A stretch of 64,000 nt of DNA from Mobula hypostoma (taxonomy: Eukaryota), in assembly GCF_963921235.1 (NCBI RefSeq), contig NC_086108.1, positions 18,228,001 to 18,292,000 on the forward strand, written 5' to 3'. Positions 39,153 to 49,359 of this stretch are shown in pieces. The notes below the pieces were generated by a model, which saw only the letters and a program-made list of their open reading frames with translations, had not been told where the DNA came from and did no database searches. Position 1 is the stretch's first letter; each line of letters opens with the position of its first letter. A program made the position numbers and the translations under genes.

Positions 39153-40195
39153 TTGTGGATAGAGAATTGGTTAGCAGACAGAAAGCAAAGAGTGGGAATA
39201 AATGGGACCTTTTCAGAATGGCAGGCAGTGACTAGTGGGGTACCGCAAGGCTCAGTGCTGGGACCCCAGTTGTTTACAATATATATTAATGACTTGGATG
39301 AGGGAATTAAATGCAGCATCTCCAAGTTTGCGGATGACACGAAGCTGGGCGGCAGTGTTAGCTGTGAGGAGGATGCTAAGAGGATGCAGGGTGACTTGGA
39401 TAGGTTGGGTGAGTGGGCAAATTCATGGCAGATGCAATTTAATGTGGATAAATGTGAAGTTATCCACTTTGGTGGCAAAAACAGGAAAACAGATTATTAT
39501 CTGAATGGTGGCCGATTAGGAAAAGGGGAGGTGCAACGAGACCTTGGTGTCATTATACACCAGTCATTGAAAGTGGGCACGCAGGTACAGCAGGCGGTGA
39601 AAAAGGCAAATGGCATGTTGGCATTTATAGTGAGAGGATTCGAGTACAGGAGCAGGGAGGTACTACTGCAGTTGTACAAGGCCTTGGTGAGACCACACCT
39701 GGAGTACTGTGTGCAGTTTTGGTCCCCTAATCTGAGGAAAGACATCCTTGCCATAGAGGGAGTACAAAGAAGGTTCACCAGATTGATTCCTGGGATGGCA
39801 GAAAGACTGGATGAACTGTGCTTGTACTCGTTGGAATTTAGAAGATTGAGGGGGGATCTGATTGAAACGTATAAAATCCTAAAGGGATTGGACAGGCTAG
39901 ATGCAGGAAGATTGTTCCCGATGTTGGGGAAGTCCAGAACGAGGGGTCACAGTTTGAGGATAAAGGGGAAGCCTTTTAGGACCGAGATTAGGAAAAACTT
40001 CTTCACACAGCGAGTGGTGAATCTGTGGAATTCTCTGCCACAGGAAACAGTTGAGGCCAGTTCATTGGCTATATTTAAGAGAGAGTTAGATATGGCCCTT
40101 GTGGCTACAGGGATCAGGGGGTATGGAGGGAAGGCTGGTGCAGGGTTCTGAGTTGGATGATCAGCCATGATCATAATAAATGGCGGTGCAGGCTC
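39153..40195 (+). mobile_element. Young CR1/HER1-type LINE fragment (RT domain, open frame) embedded in the satellite
   Basis: ORF to 40151 has WIENWLADRKQRV, SGVPQGSVLGPQLF, KFADDTKLGG, WQMQFNVDKC, LVRPHLEYCVQFW and FFTQRVVNLWNSLP with no stops, followed by a short 3' UTR. Confidence 0.95.
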
Positions 40196-42356
40196 TGTGG
40201 AGTGTGTGGGTGTGAGATGGTATTGGGGATGGGGTAGTCTGTTTCTCTGTTGCGTGTGGGGATGTGAGATGGTTTTGGGGATGGGGTAGTATATGACTCT
40301 GTAGGGTGTGGTGATGTGAGATTCTATAGGGGACGGAGTAGTGTGTGAATGTAGAGTGTGGGATTGTGAGATGGTATTGGGGATGGGGTATTATGTGACT
40401 CCAGGGTGTAGGGGCTGAGATGGTAGGTAGCATGGGGTAGTGTGTGACAGTAGGGTGTGGGGATGTGAGATGGTATTGGGGACAGGGTAGTTTGTGACTC
40501 TGTAGGATGTGAGGATGTGAGATGGTATTGGGGACAGGGTGGTGTGTGACTGTGTAGGGTGTGGGAGTGTGAGATGGTATTGAGGATGGGGGAGTCTGTG
40601 ACTGTGTTGGGTGTGGGGATATGAGATGGTATTGTGGATGGGGTAGTGTGTGACTCTGGGGTGTGGGGATGTGAGATGGTATTGACGATGGGATAGTCTG
40701 AGACTCTGTAGGGTGTGGTTGTGTGAGATGGTATTTGGGACAGGTTAATGTGTAACTCTGTAGGGTGTGGGGCTGTGAGATAGTATTGGGGATGGGGTAG
40801 TGTGTGATTCTGTGGAGTATGGGGGTGTGAGATGGGATTGGGGATGGGGGAGTGTGTGACTGGAGTGTGGGGGTGTGAGATGGTATTGGGGATAGGGTAG
40901 TGTGTGACTGTTTGGTGTGGGGGTGTGAGATGGTATTAGGGATGGAGTAGTATGTGACTGTAGGGTGTGGGGATGTGAGATGGTCTTGGGGACCGTGTAT
41001 TCTCTGCCTCTGTGGCGTGTGGGAGTGTGAGATGGTATTGGGGATGGAGTAGATTGTGACTCTGTAGGGTGTGGGGATGTTAGATGGTTTGGGGGATGGG
41101 GTAGTGTGTGACTGTAGGGTGTGGGGATGTGAGATGGCATTGACGATGGGGTAGTCTGTGACTCCATAGGATGTGGTTGTGTGAGATGGTATTTTGGACA
41201 GTTTAATGTGTGACTCTGTAGTGTGTGGGGCTGTGAGATGGTATTGGGGATGTGATGGTATGTGACTCTGTAAGGTGTGCGGGTGTGAGATGGTATTGGG
41301 GATGGGGTTGTGTGTGAGTCTGTGAAGTGCTGGGGTGTGAGATGGTATTCGGGATGGGGTAGAGTTAGACTCTGTGGAGTGTGAGGGTGTGAGATGGTAT
41401 TGAGGACAGGGTAGTTTGTGACTCTGTAGGCTGTGGGGGTGTGAGATGGTATTCGGGACAGGGTAGTTTGTGACTCTGTAGTGTGTGGGGCTGTGAGATG
41501 GTATTGGGGATGTGATGGTATGTGACTCTGTAAGGTATGCGGGTGTGAGATGGTATTGGGGATGGGGTTGTGTGTGAGTCTGTGGAGTGCTGGGGTGTGA
41601 GATGGTATTTGGGATGGGGTAGAGTGTGACTCTGTGGAGTGTGAGGGTGTGAGATGGTATTGGGGACAGGGTAGTTTGTGACTCTGTAGGGTATGGTTGT
41701 GTGAGATGGTAGTGGAGATGGGGTAGTTTGTGACTCTGTAAGGTGTGCGGGTGTGAGATGGTATTGGGAATGGGGTTGTGTGTGAGTCTGTGGAGTGCTG
41801 GGGTGTGAGATGGTATTTGGGATGGGGTAGAGTGTGACTCTGTGGAGTGTGAGGGTGTGAGATGGTATTGGGGACAGGGTGGTTTGTGACTCTGTAGGCT
41901 GTGGGGGTGTGAGATGGTATTGGGGACAGGGTAGTTTGTGACTCTGTAGGGTATGGTTGTGTGAGATGGTAGTGGAGATGGGGTAGTTTGTGACTCTGTA
42001 AGGTGTGCGGGTGTGAGATGGTATTGGGAATGTGGTTGTGTGTGAGTCTGTGGAGTGCTGGGGTGTGAGATGGTATTTGGGATGGGGTAGAGTGTGACTC
42101 TGTGGAGTGTGAGGGTGTGAGATGGTATTTGGGACAGGGTGGTTTGTGACTCTGTAGGCTGTGGGGCTGTGAGATGGTATTGGGGACAGGGTAGTTTGTG
42201 ACTCTGTAGGGTATGGTTGTGTGAGATGGTAGTGGAGATGGGATGGGGGCTACAGGGAAGGGGTAGTGTGTGATTCTGTCAGGAGGTGGAAGTGTGTGGG
42301 GTAATTGGGAATGGATAGGGGGTGAATGTAGGGGGTTGGTGGTGTGTGGGTGTATT

Positions 42357-43778
42357 AGTAGTCATAGGCATAGTCATAGTCATACTTTATTAATCCCGGG
42401 AGAAATTGGTTTTCGTTGCAGTTGCACCATAAATAATAAATAGTAATAGAACCATAAATAGTTAAATAGTAATATGTAAATTATGCCAGTAAATTATGAA
42501 ATAAGTCCAGAGTCACATACTACACCGTCTCCTATAACATCTCACTTCCCCACACCCTACAGTCACACACTACCCCATCCCCAAGACCATCTCATACGCC
42601 TACACCCTACAGAGTCACACACTACCTTGTCCCCAATACCATCTCACATCCCCACACCCTACAGAGTCACACACCACACTATCGCCAAGAACATCTCACA
42701 TTCCCACACCCAACACAGTGACATACTACTCCATCACCAATACCATCTCACACCACCACACCCAACCGAGTCACACACTACCCCATCTCCACTACCATCT
42801 CACACCCCCACACTCCACAGAGTCACACAGTCCCCCATCCCCAATACCATCTCACAGCCCACCACCCTACAGAGTCACACACTAACCTGTCCCAAATACC
42901 ATCTCACACCCCCACCACCCTACAGAGTCACACACTAACCTGTCCCAAATACCATCTCACACCCCCACAGCCTACAGAGTCACAAACTACCCCATCTCCA
43001 CTACCATCTCACACAACCATACCCTACAGAGTCACAAACTACCCTGTCCCCAATACCATCTCACACCCTCACACTCCAGAGTCACACTCTACCCCATCCC
43101 AAATACCATCTCACACCCCAGCACTCCACAGACTCACACACAACCCCATTCCCAATACCATCTCACACCCGCACACCTTACAGAGTCACACACCACACTA
43201 TCGCCAAGAACATCTCATTCCCACACCGAACACAGTCACATACTACTCCATCACCAATACCATCTCACACCCCCACACCCAACCGAGTCACACACTACCC
43301 CATCTCCACTACCATCTCACACCCCCACACTCCACAGAGTCACACACTCCCCCATCCCCAATACCATCTCACAGCCCACCACCCTATAGAGTCACACACT
43401 AACCTGTTCCAAATACCAACTCACACCCCCACCACTCTACAGAGTTACACACTAACCTGTCCCAAATACCATCTCACACCCGCACAGGACACCGCCGTCA
43501 GAGAGTCCAGTTCCATCCCCACAACATCACTGGCCTTACGAATGAGTTTGTTGATTCTGTTGGTGTCTGCTACCCTCAGCCTGCTGCCCCAGCACACAAC
43601 AGCAAACATGATAGCACTGGCCACCACAGACTCGTGGAACATCCTCAGCATCGTCCAGCAGATGTTAAAGTACGTCAGTCTCCTCAAGAAATAGAGGCAG
43701 CTCTGACCCTTCTTGTAGACAGCCTCAGTGTTCTTTGACCAGTCCAGTTTATTGTCAATTCGTATCCCCAGGTATTTG
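42357..43778 (-). mobile_element. Rex1/Babar LINE, 5'-truncated, interior replaced by inverted satellite
   Basis: The 3' tail (AGTCAT)n and AT-rich UTR lie at 42357-42510. The RT fragment KYLGIRIDNKLDWSKNTEAVYKKGQS.LYFLRRL...ESVVASAIMFAVVCWG lies at 43487-43778. Confidence 0.88.
42511..43486 (-). repeat. Inverted (C-rich on plus) block of the 52-bp satellite
   Basis: The plus strand reads CCCAATACCATCTCACACCCCCACACCCTACAGAGTCACAC, the reverse complement of the core unit. It has an internal ~520-bp repeat (CACCACACTATCGCCAAGAACATCTC at ~42672 and ~43191). Confidence 0.95.
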
Positions 43779-43825
43779 GGGAAGGGGTTGGGTGTGACTG
43801 TAGCGGGAGTGGTGTGAGGGGATAT

Positions 43826-44630
43826 CAGGAGGTCGGGCAGCATCGGTGGAAATTATCAGTCAATGTTTCGTGCCAGAACCCTTCACCAAGACTGAAAAGG
43901 GAAGGGGCAGAGGCCCTATAAGGAAGGTGGGGGGAGGGTGGGAAGGAGAAGGCTGGAAGGTTCCAGGTGAAAAACCAGTAAGGGGAAAGATAAAGGGGTG
44001 GGAGAGGGGAAGCAGGGAGGGATAGGCAGGAAAGGTAAAGAGGGCAAAGGGGAAAGCCCAATGGGTAGTAGAAGGAAGCGGAACCAAAAAGGAGGTAGTA
44101 GGCAGCTGGGGTAGGAGGCAGAGTGAAACTGGGATAGGGGAAGAGAAGGGGAGGGAATTACCGGAAGTTGGAGAATTCAATGTTCATACCAGGGGGCTGG
44201 ATACTACCCAGATGGTATATGGGGTGTTGCTCCTCCAACCTGAGTTTAGCCTCATTATGGCAGTAGAGGAGGCCATGTATGGACATATCCGAATGGGAAT
44301 GTGAAGCAGAGTTGAAGTGGATGGCCACCAAGAGATCCTGTCTGTTGTGGCGGATGGAGCAGAGGTGCTCGACGAAGCGGTCCCCCAATCTGCGTTGGGT
44401 TTCACCGATGTAGAGCAGGCCACACTGGGAGCACCGGATGCAATAGATGCATAAGTGATACACCTGTCCCTACACCTCCTCTCTTGCCACCATTCAGGGC
44501 CCCAAACAGTCCTTCCAGGTGAGGCAACACTTAACTTGTGAGTCTGTTGGAGTCATCTGTTGCCCGACCTGCTGAGTTCCTCCAGTGTGTTGTGAGTGTT
44601 GCTTTGACCCCAGCATCTGCAGAGTATTTT
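43826..44630. mobile_element. Rearranged Penelope-like element (GIY-YIG endonuclease C-terminus)
   Basis: Minus ORF 44158-44463 has IYCIRCSQCGLLYIGETQRRLGDRFVEH...HFN...GMNIEFSNFR. Plus 44462-44558 encodes the upstream TCPYTSSLATIQGPKQSFQVRQHLTCESVGVI. Flanked by GTGTGAGGGGATAT (43812-43825) and GTGTGAGAGGATAT (44631-44644). Confidence 0.88.
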
Positions 44631-47600
44631 GTGTGAGAGGATATTGCGGAATGGGTAAGGAGTGACTGTAGTAGGGTGGTGGGGGTGGTGGGTATTGGGG
44701 AAGTGGTAGAGTGTGGCTGTAGTGGGTGTTTTGGGGAAGAAGTGGGTGTTTTGGGAAGGACTGTAGCGGGGTGTGGGTATGTGGAAATATGAGACTGGGG
44801 TAGTGTGTGGTTTAAAGGGATTGGAGATGTGTGGGGGTATGGAGGAGGGGTGGTGTATGACTCAGTAGGGAGTTGGTGGTGTGTCATGATATTAGGGATG
44901 GGTTAGGGTGTGACTCTGTGGGGGGTGTAGGTGTGTGCGGGTATTGGGGAAGGAGTAGGTTGTGACTGTAAGGGGGTGATGTTGATTGGGGTTATTGGGG
45001 TAGGAGTAGGGTCTGACTGTAGGGTTAGTGGTGTATTAGGTATTGGGTAAGTGGTCGGGTGTGTCTGTAGGAGGGTGGAAGGTGTGGGGTGTTGGGGAAG
45101 GGTAGGTGTGACTAGGTAGGTGGGGCACATGGGATATTGGGGAAGGGGTAGGATGTGACTCTGTTGGGGGTGGAGGTGTGTGTGGGGTTATTGCGGAAGT
45201 TGTAGGCTGTTACACTGTAGGGATGTGGTGCTGTGTGGGGTAGTGGGATAGGGGTAGTTTGTGGCTGTAAGGGGGTATTGGTGTATGTGGGTATGGGAAA
45301 GGGATAGCGTGTGACTCAGGAGGGAGTTGGGGTGTGTTTGGAGAATTGAGGAAGGAATAGGGTGTGACTGTAGGGAGGTGGAGGTGTATTGTATTGAGCA
45401 AGGGATAGGGTGTGAATGTATGCAGGTGGAGGCATGTGGGGTTATTGGTGAAAGGGTGTGACTAAGGGGTGGTGGTGTGTGGGGTTATTGGGGAAAGGGT
45501 AGGGTGTGACTGTGGTGGTGGTTATTGGTGAATGGGTAGGGTTTGACTGTAGGGATATGGGGGTGTGTGGAATTGGCGATGGGGTAGGATGTCAATGTAG
45601 GGGTATTTCAGAAGGGGTAGGTGTGACTATAGGTTGTGGTGTTGAGTGAGGGTATTGGGGAAGGGGTAGGGGCTGGGGGATGTGGATGTTTTGGGGATGG
45701 GGTAGGTTGTGACTGTAGGGGGGTGAAGGTGTGTGGGAATATGGGGCTGAGGTAGTGAGTGGTTTTAAGGGTTTGGAGGCGTGTGGTGGTATGGGGGAAG
45801 GTTAGGTATGACTCAGTAGGGAGTTGGTGGTGTGATGATATTGGGAATGGGGTAGGGTGTGACTCTGCACCAAGGTGGAGATGGGGGTATTGCGAAAGTG
45901 TACAGTGTGATTCTGTAGGGGGGTGTAGGTGTGTGTGGGTATACGGGAAGTGGTAAGGTGTGACTCTGTAGTGATGTGTTGGTGTATGGGGGTATTGGTG
46001 AAGGGGTAGGGTGTGACAGTATGGAGTTTGTGTGTGTTATGGTATAGGAGAAGGGGTAGGTGTGGCTGTGGGGGTATTGAGGAAGGGGTAGAGTGTGGGA
46101 ATTGGCAAAAAGAGTTAGTGTGTGACTGGAGAGGGGTGGGGAGTGTGGGGTATCAGGGAAGGGGTAGGGTGTGACTGCTGGGAGGTGGGGTGTGTGGGTG
46201 TATTGAGGAAGGGTTAGGGTGTGACTGTAGGGGTTGATGGTGTGTGGGGCTATTATGGAAGGGGTAGGGTGTGACTTTAAGGCGATGTGGGTGTGTGGGA
46301 ATATGTGAATATGTGGGAGGGGTAGTGTGTGGCTGTAAGGATTGCAGGTGTGGGGGGTATGGGGGAAGGAGTAGGGTATGACTCTGCAGGGATGTGGTGG
46401 TGTGTGGAGGTATTGTGTTAGATGTAGGGTGTGACTGTAGGGGGAGAGGAAATGTGTGGGTGTATTGGGGAAGGGATAGGGTGGGTGTGACTGTAGGGTG
46501 GTGGTGGTGTGTGTGGGTATTGGGGAAGTGGTAGGGTGTGATTCTGTAAAAGAGGTGGTAGAGTGTGGGGCTATTGGGGAAGTGGTAGGGTGTGACTAGT
46601 GATGTGGTGTTGGGTTGGGGTATTGGGGATGGTGTCAAGTGCGACTGTAGAGGGTAGTGTTGGGTGTGGGTATTGGGGAAGTGGTAGAGTGTGACTGTAG
46701 GGGGGTTGAGGAATGTGGGGGTATAGAGGAAGAGGTAGAGTGTGACTCTGTCAGGAGGTGGAGGGGTATGGGAGTATTGGGAAATGGGTAGTGGGTGATT
46801 CTGTTGGGAGATATTAGGAAAGGGGTATGGTGTATTTCTGTAGGGTGCGGAGGTGTGCGTGGTTATTGCAGAAGTGGGGTGATAACCTGTAGGGGTGTGG
46901 TGGTGTGCGGGAATATGGGGGAGGGGTAGTGTGTGGCTGTAAGGGGGTGGATTTATGTGTGGGTATGAAGAGGGGTGGAGTGTGACTCTGTAGGGAGTTG
47001 TGTGTGTGTTGGGGTATTGGGGGTGTGTTGGGGTATTGGGGAAGCAATAGGGTGTTACTGTAGGGGGGTGATGTGTGGGAGTATTTGGGAAGGGGTAGGG
47101 TGTGACTGTGGTGGGGGTTTTGGTGAAGGGGTAGGGTGTGACTGTAGGTGGGTTGGGGGTATTTGGGGATATTATGGAAGGGATAGGGTGTGACTGTTGG
47201 GGTGGTGTTGAATGGGGGTATTGAGCAAGGGGTAGGGTGGCACTGCAGGGGGGTGGTTGTGTGTGGGGTTACTGGTGAATGAGTAGAGTGTGACTTTAAG
47301 GGGGTGTGGGTGTGTGGGAATATGTGGGAGGGGTAGTGTGTGACTGTAGGGGGTGGAGGTGTGTGGGGATATTGTGGGAAGGGTAGGGTGTGACTGTAGG
47401 GGGGTTGGGGGTGTTTGGAGATATTACAGAAGGGGTAGGCTGTGACTGTAAGGGGGGGTGATTGTGTGTGGGGTATTGGTAAATGGGTAGGTGTGACTGT
47501 AGGGGGTGGGTGTGTGGGGCTACAGGGAAGCGGTAGGATGTGATTCTTGTCGGGAGGTGGAGGTTTGTAGGGTAATCGGGAAGGGTCGGGTGTGGGAAGA

Positions 47601-48744
47601 TGTGTGAGTATATTGTGGAAGGGGTAGCGTGTAAATCTGTAGGAGGAAGAGTGTGTAACTAGGCGGGTAGTGGTGTGTGGGGGCATTGGGGAAGGGGTAG
47701 TTTGAGACTGTAGGGAGGTGGAGGTATGTAGGTATATTGGGGAAGGGGTAGGGTGAGACTGTTGGGAGTTTGAGATGTGTACAGGGGAAGCGGTAAGGTG
47801 TGACTCTTCAGGGAGGAATTAAACAGAGCATGGCGTGGGTGAGGCTTGGAGGAGCATTAGGCTTTTAACCATGAATTACAGAGAGACAGTGAAGGTGATG
47901 TTGTGAAGTCTGGCTCTCCAAAGATCACACAGAGGGAAAAGTCATAACCCAGTGTTGACAGCTGGCTGTCAGAGGAGTGGTGAGCGTGAGGAAGGCCAAG
48001 TCCTGCCCTTCACTCTAACCTTTTAATTAGAAGGCAGAGCAGCCTTTGACCAATTGTGTAGCAGAGAGGAAAGAGCGATAGGCTGTTCTCATTTGTCACA
48101 CAGTGCTACAGCAGAGTGGCATACAAAGCGACAGTGATGGATCTGAGGAAGTGTACAGGAGCCACACTGTACTCCATTCTGTGATTCCACACCTTTTATC
48201 ATTCATCTTACAAGTATCAGGGCCAGCTCACTAGGCAATGAATCTTGCTGAAGGTGGCACAATATTCCATTTAATTAAGACAGTTGCCTGACTTTGTGGG
48301 CAAGGGGAACTATCTCCTTGCAGAGCCACTGGGGAGGGAGAGTAGTTTTTAATTTTATCAATAACAGATTTGCTTCCTTGCTGAAATCTGCCCTCAACAC
48401 ACAGGAGTTCTGCCTTACATGTCTACACATTGCCAAGGCCTATGCAGCTATTGTAGTTGTGAGGTTGCTGAAAATATTTAACGGAGACATTGTTATCGGC
48501 AGGGTGGGAGTGTACTGTCCTTCGAGTTTTGTCTCCATTTTCTTTTTCCTCTACGATGTCAGGCAATGCATAATCCCGAGCAATGTGTCTGCCTCAGCAC
48601 CAGTCCCAGTGCAGACTGAGTTCTCAACTCGTTCACCGTCTCCCTGGCTCTAGTATGGCATTTTAACTGCCAACAAATTTTCCACTGGGGTGGAGATAGC
48701 CTGGGCTTTTGTGGGAATATTGTTTAGCCTCTGCAACCAGAGTA

Positions 48745-48960
48745 ACTCCAACCATTCTCTGTATTGGAGAAACCAACTGCAGATGGAGTGAGAGTTTGCA
48801 GGGCACCTCTATTTCAGTCCACAGGAGCAATACCGACCTTCCCATTGGCTGCCATTATAATCCGCCATCCCACTTTATACTGCTACAATCAGGTCCAATA
48901 TAAACTTGAGGGGCAGGACCTTGTATTCCATCTTTACAGCTTATGCATTAGTTTTCCAGC
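48745..48960 (+). mobile_element. Degraded Penelope GIY-YIG fragment
   Basis: LCIGETNCR...DLPIGCHYN...YKLEGQDLVFHL, homologous to ORF 44158-44463. Confidence 0.7.
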
Positions 48961-49359
48961 CTCTGTTGTTTTTATTTAAATTTTGAGTCCGATCTCAGTC
49001 ATTAATTTGTAAACACAGACTGCACTCATGCGTATATTCAGAGGCTGAATTCTAAGTCATCGTGGTCTTGTTCCTGTAGAACAGGGGTTCCCTTACTTAT
49101 TGGTATTGGTCCATGGCATAAAAAGGCTGGGAACCCCTGCTGAGGACAGACCTTCCAGGCAACATCTGCAAAACCAAGGCCCTTTACTAACTTCTCCCAA
49201 CTGTAGTAACATTTGCTCCTGGAAAAGGTGGGCAACTTCTTCTATTTCAAAAAGGCAGACATTGACTTCAGAATTCACCATCACCTTCTGTGCCCCAGCA
49301 TGGCTTTGGCTCTCTGAGGAGCCCAGGAGTATAAGTACATAATTCTCTGAAAGTAAAGG

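Larger units (their letters stand above)
13560..42240 (+). repeat. Homogenised core of the array (52-bp TGTGAGATGGTATTGG variant)
   Basis: Regular 50/52-bp units carry TGTGAGATGGTATTG and GTGACTCTGTAGGG. The transitions to looser GGGAAGGGGTAGGGTGTGACTG units at about 13555 and 42240 are sharp. Confidence 0.92.
12020..47810 (+). repeat. Giant G/T-rich tandem array (macro-minisatellite/satellite), 50-52 bp unit
   Basis: The motif GAGATGGTATTGGGGATGGGGTAGTGTGTGAC(TC)TGTAGGGTGTGGGGG/ATGT recurs continuously (GTGACTCTGTAGG at 13563, 13614, 13666...). The plus strand is G/T-rich and C-poor throughout. It is interrupted only by TE insertions at about 39153-40195, 42357-43778 and 43826-44630. Confidence 0.97.

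Noticed and set aside
38375..39478. 367-aa minus-strand ORF
   Set aside because: It is the antisense of the CR1 RT fused to satellite translation.
13560..42240. CRISPR-like array
   Set aside because: There are no unique spacers, the whole unit is repeated, and the context is eukaryotic with no cas genes.
12317..47686. Dozens of long His/Pro/Thr/Ser ORFs (up to 763 aa) as extensin- or mucin-like genes
   Set aside because: They overlap in all three frames, arise from a stop-free repeat unit with frequent 2-bp indels, and lack a unique N-terminus or splice context.
12020..47810. Telomeric or interstitial telomeric repeat
   Set aside because: TAGGG occurs about once per unit, but there are no (TTAGGG)n runs.
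48099..48140. V(D)J recombination signal (CACAGTG heptamer)
   Set aside because: No nonamer at 12- or 23-bp spacing. Likewise GGTTTTTGT at ~9340 has no matching heptamer.
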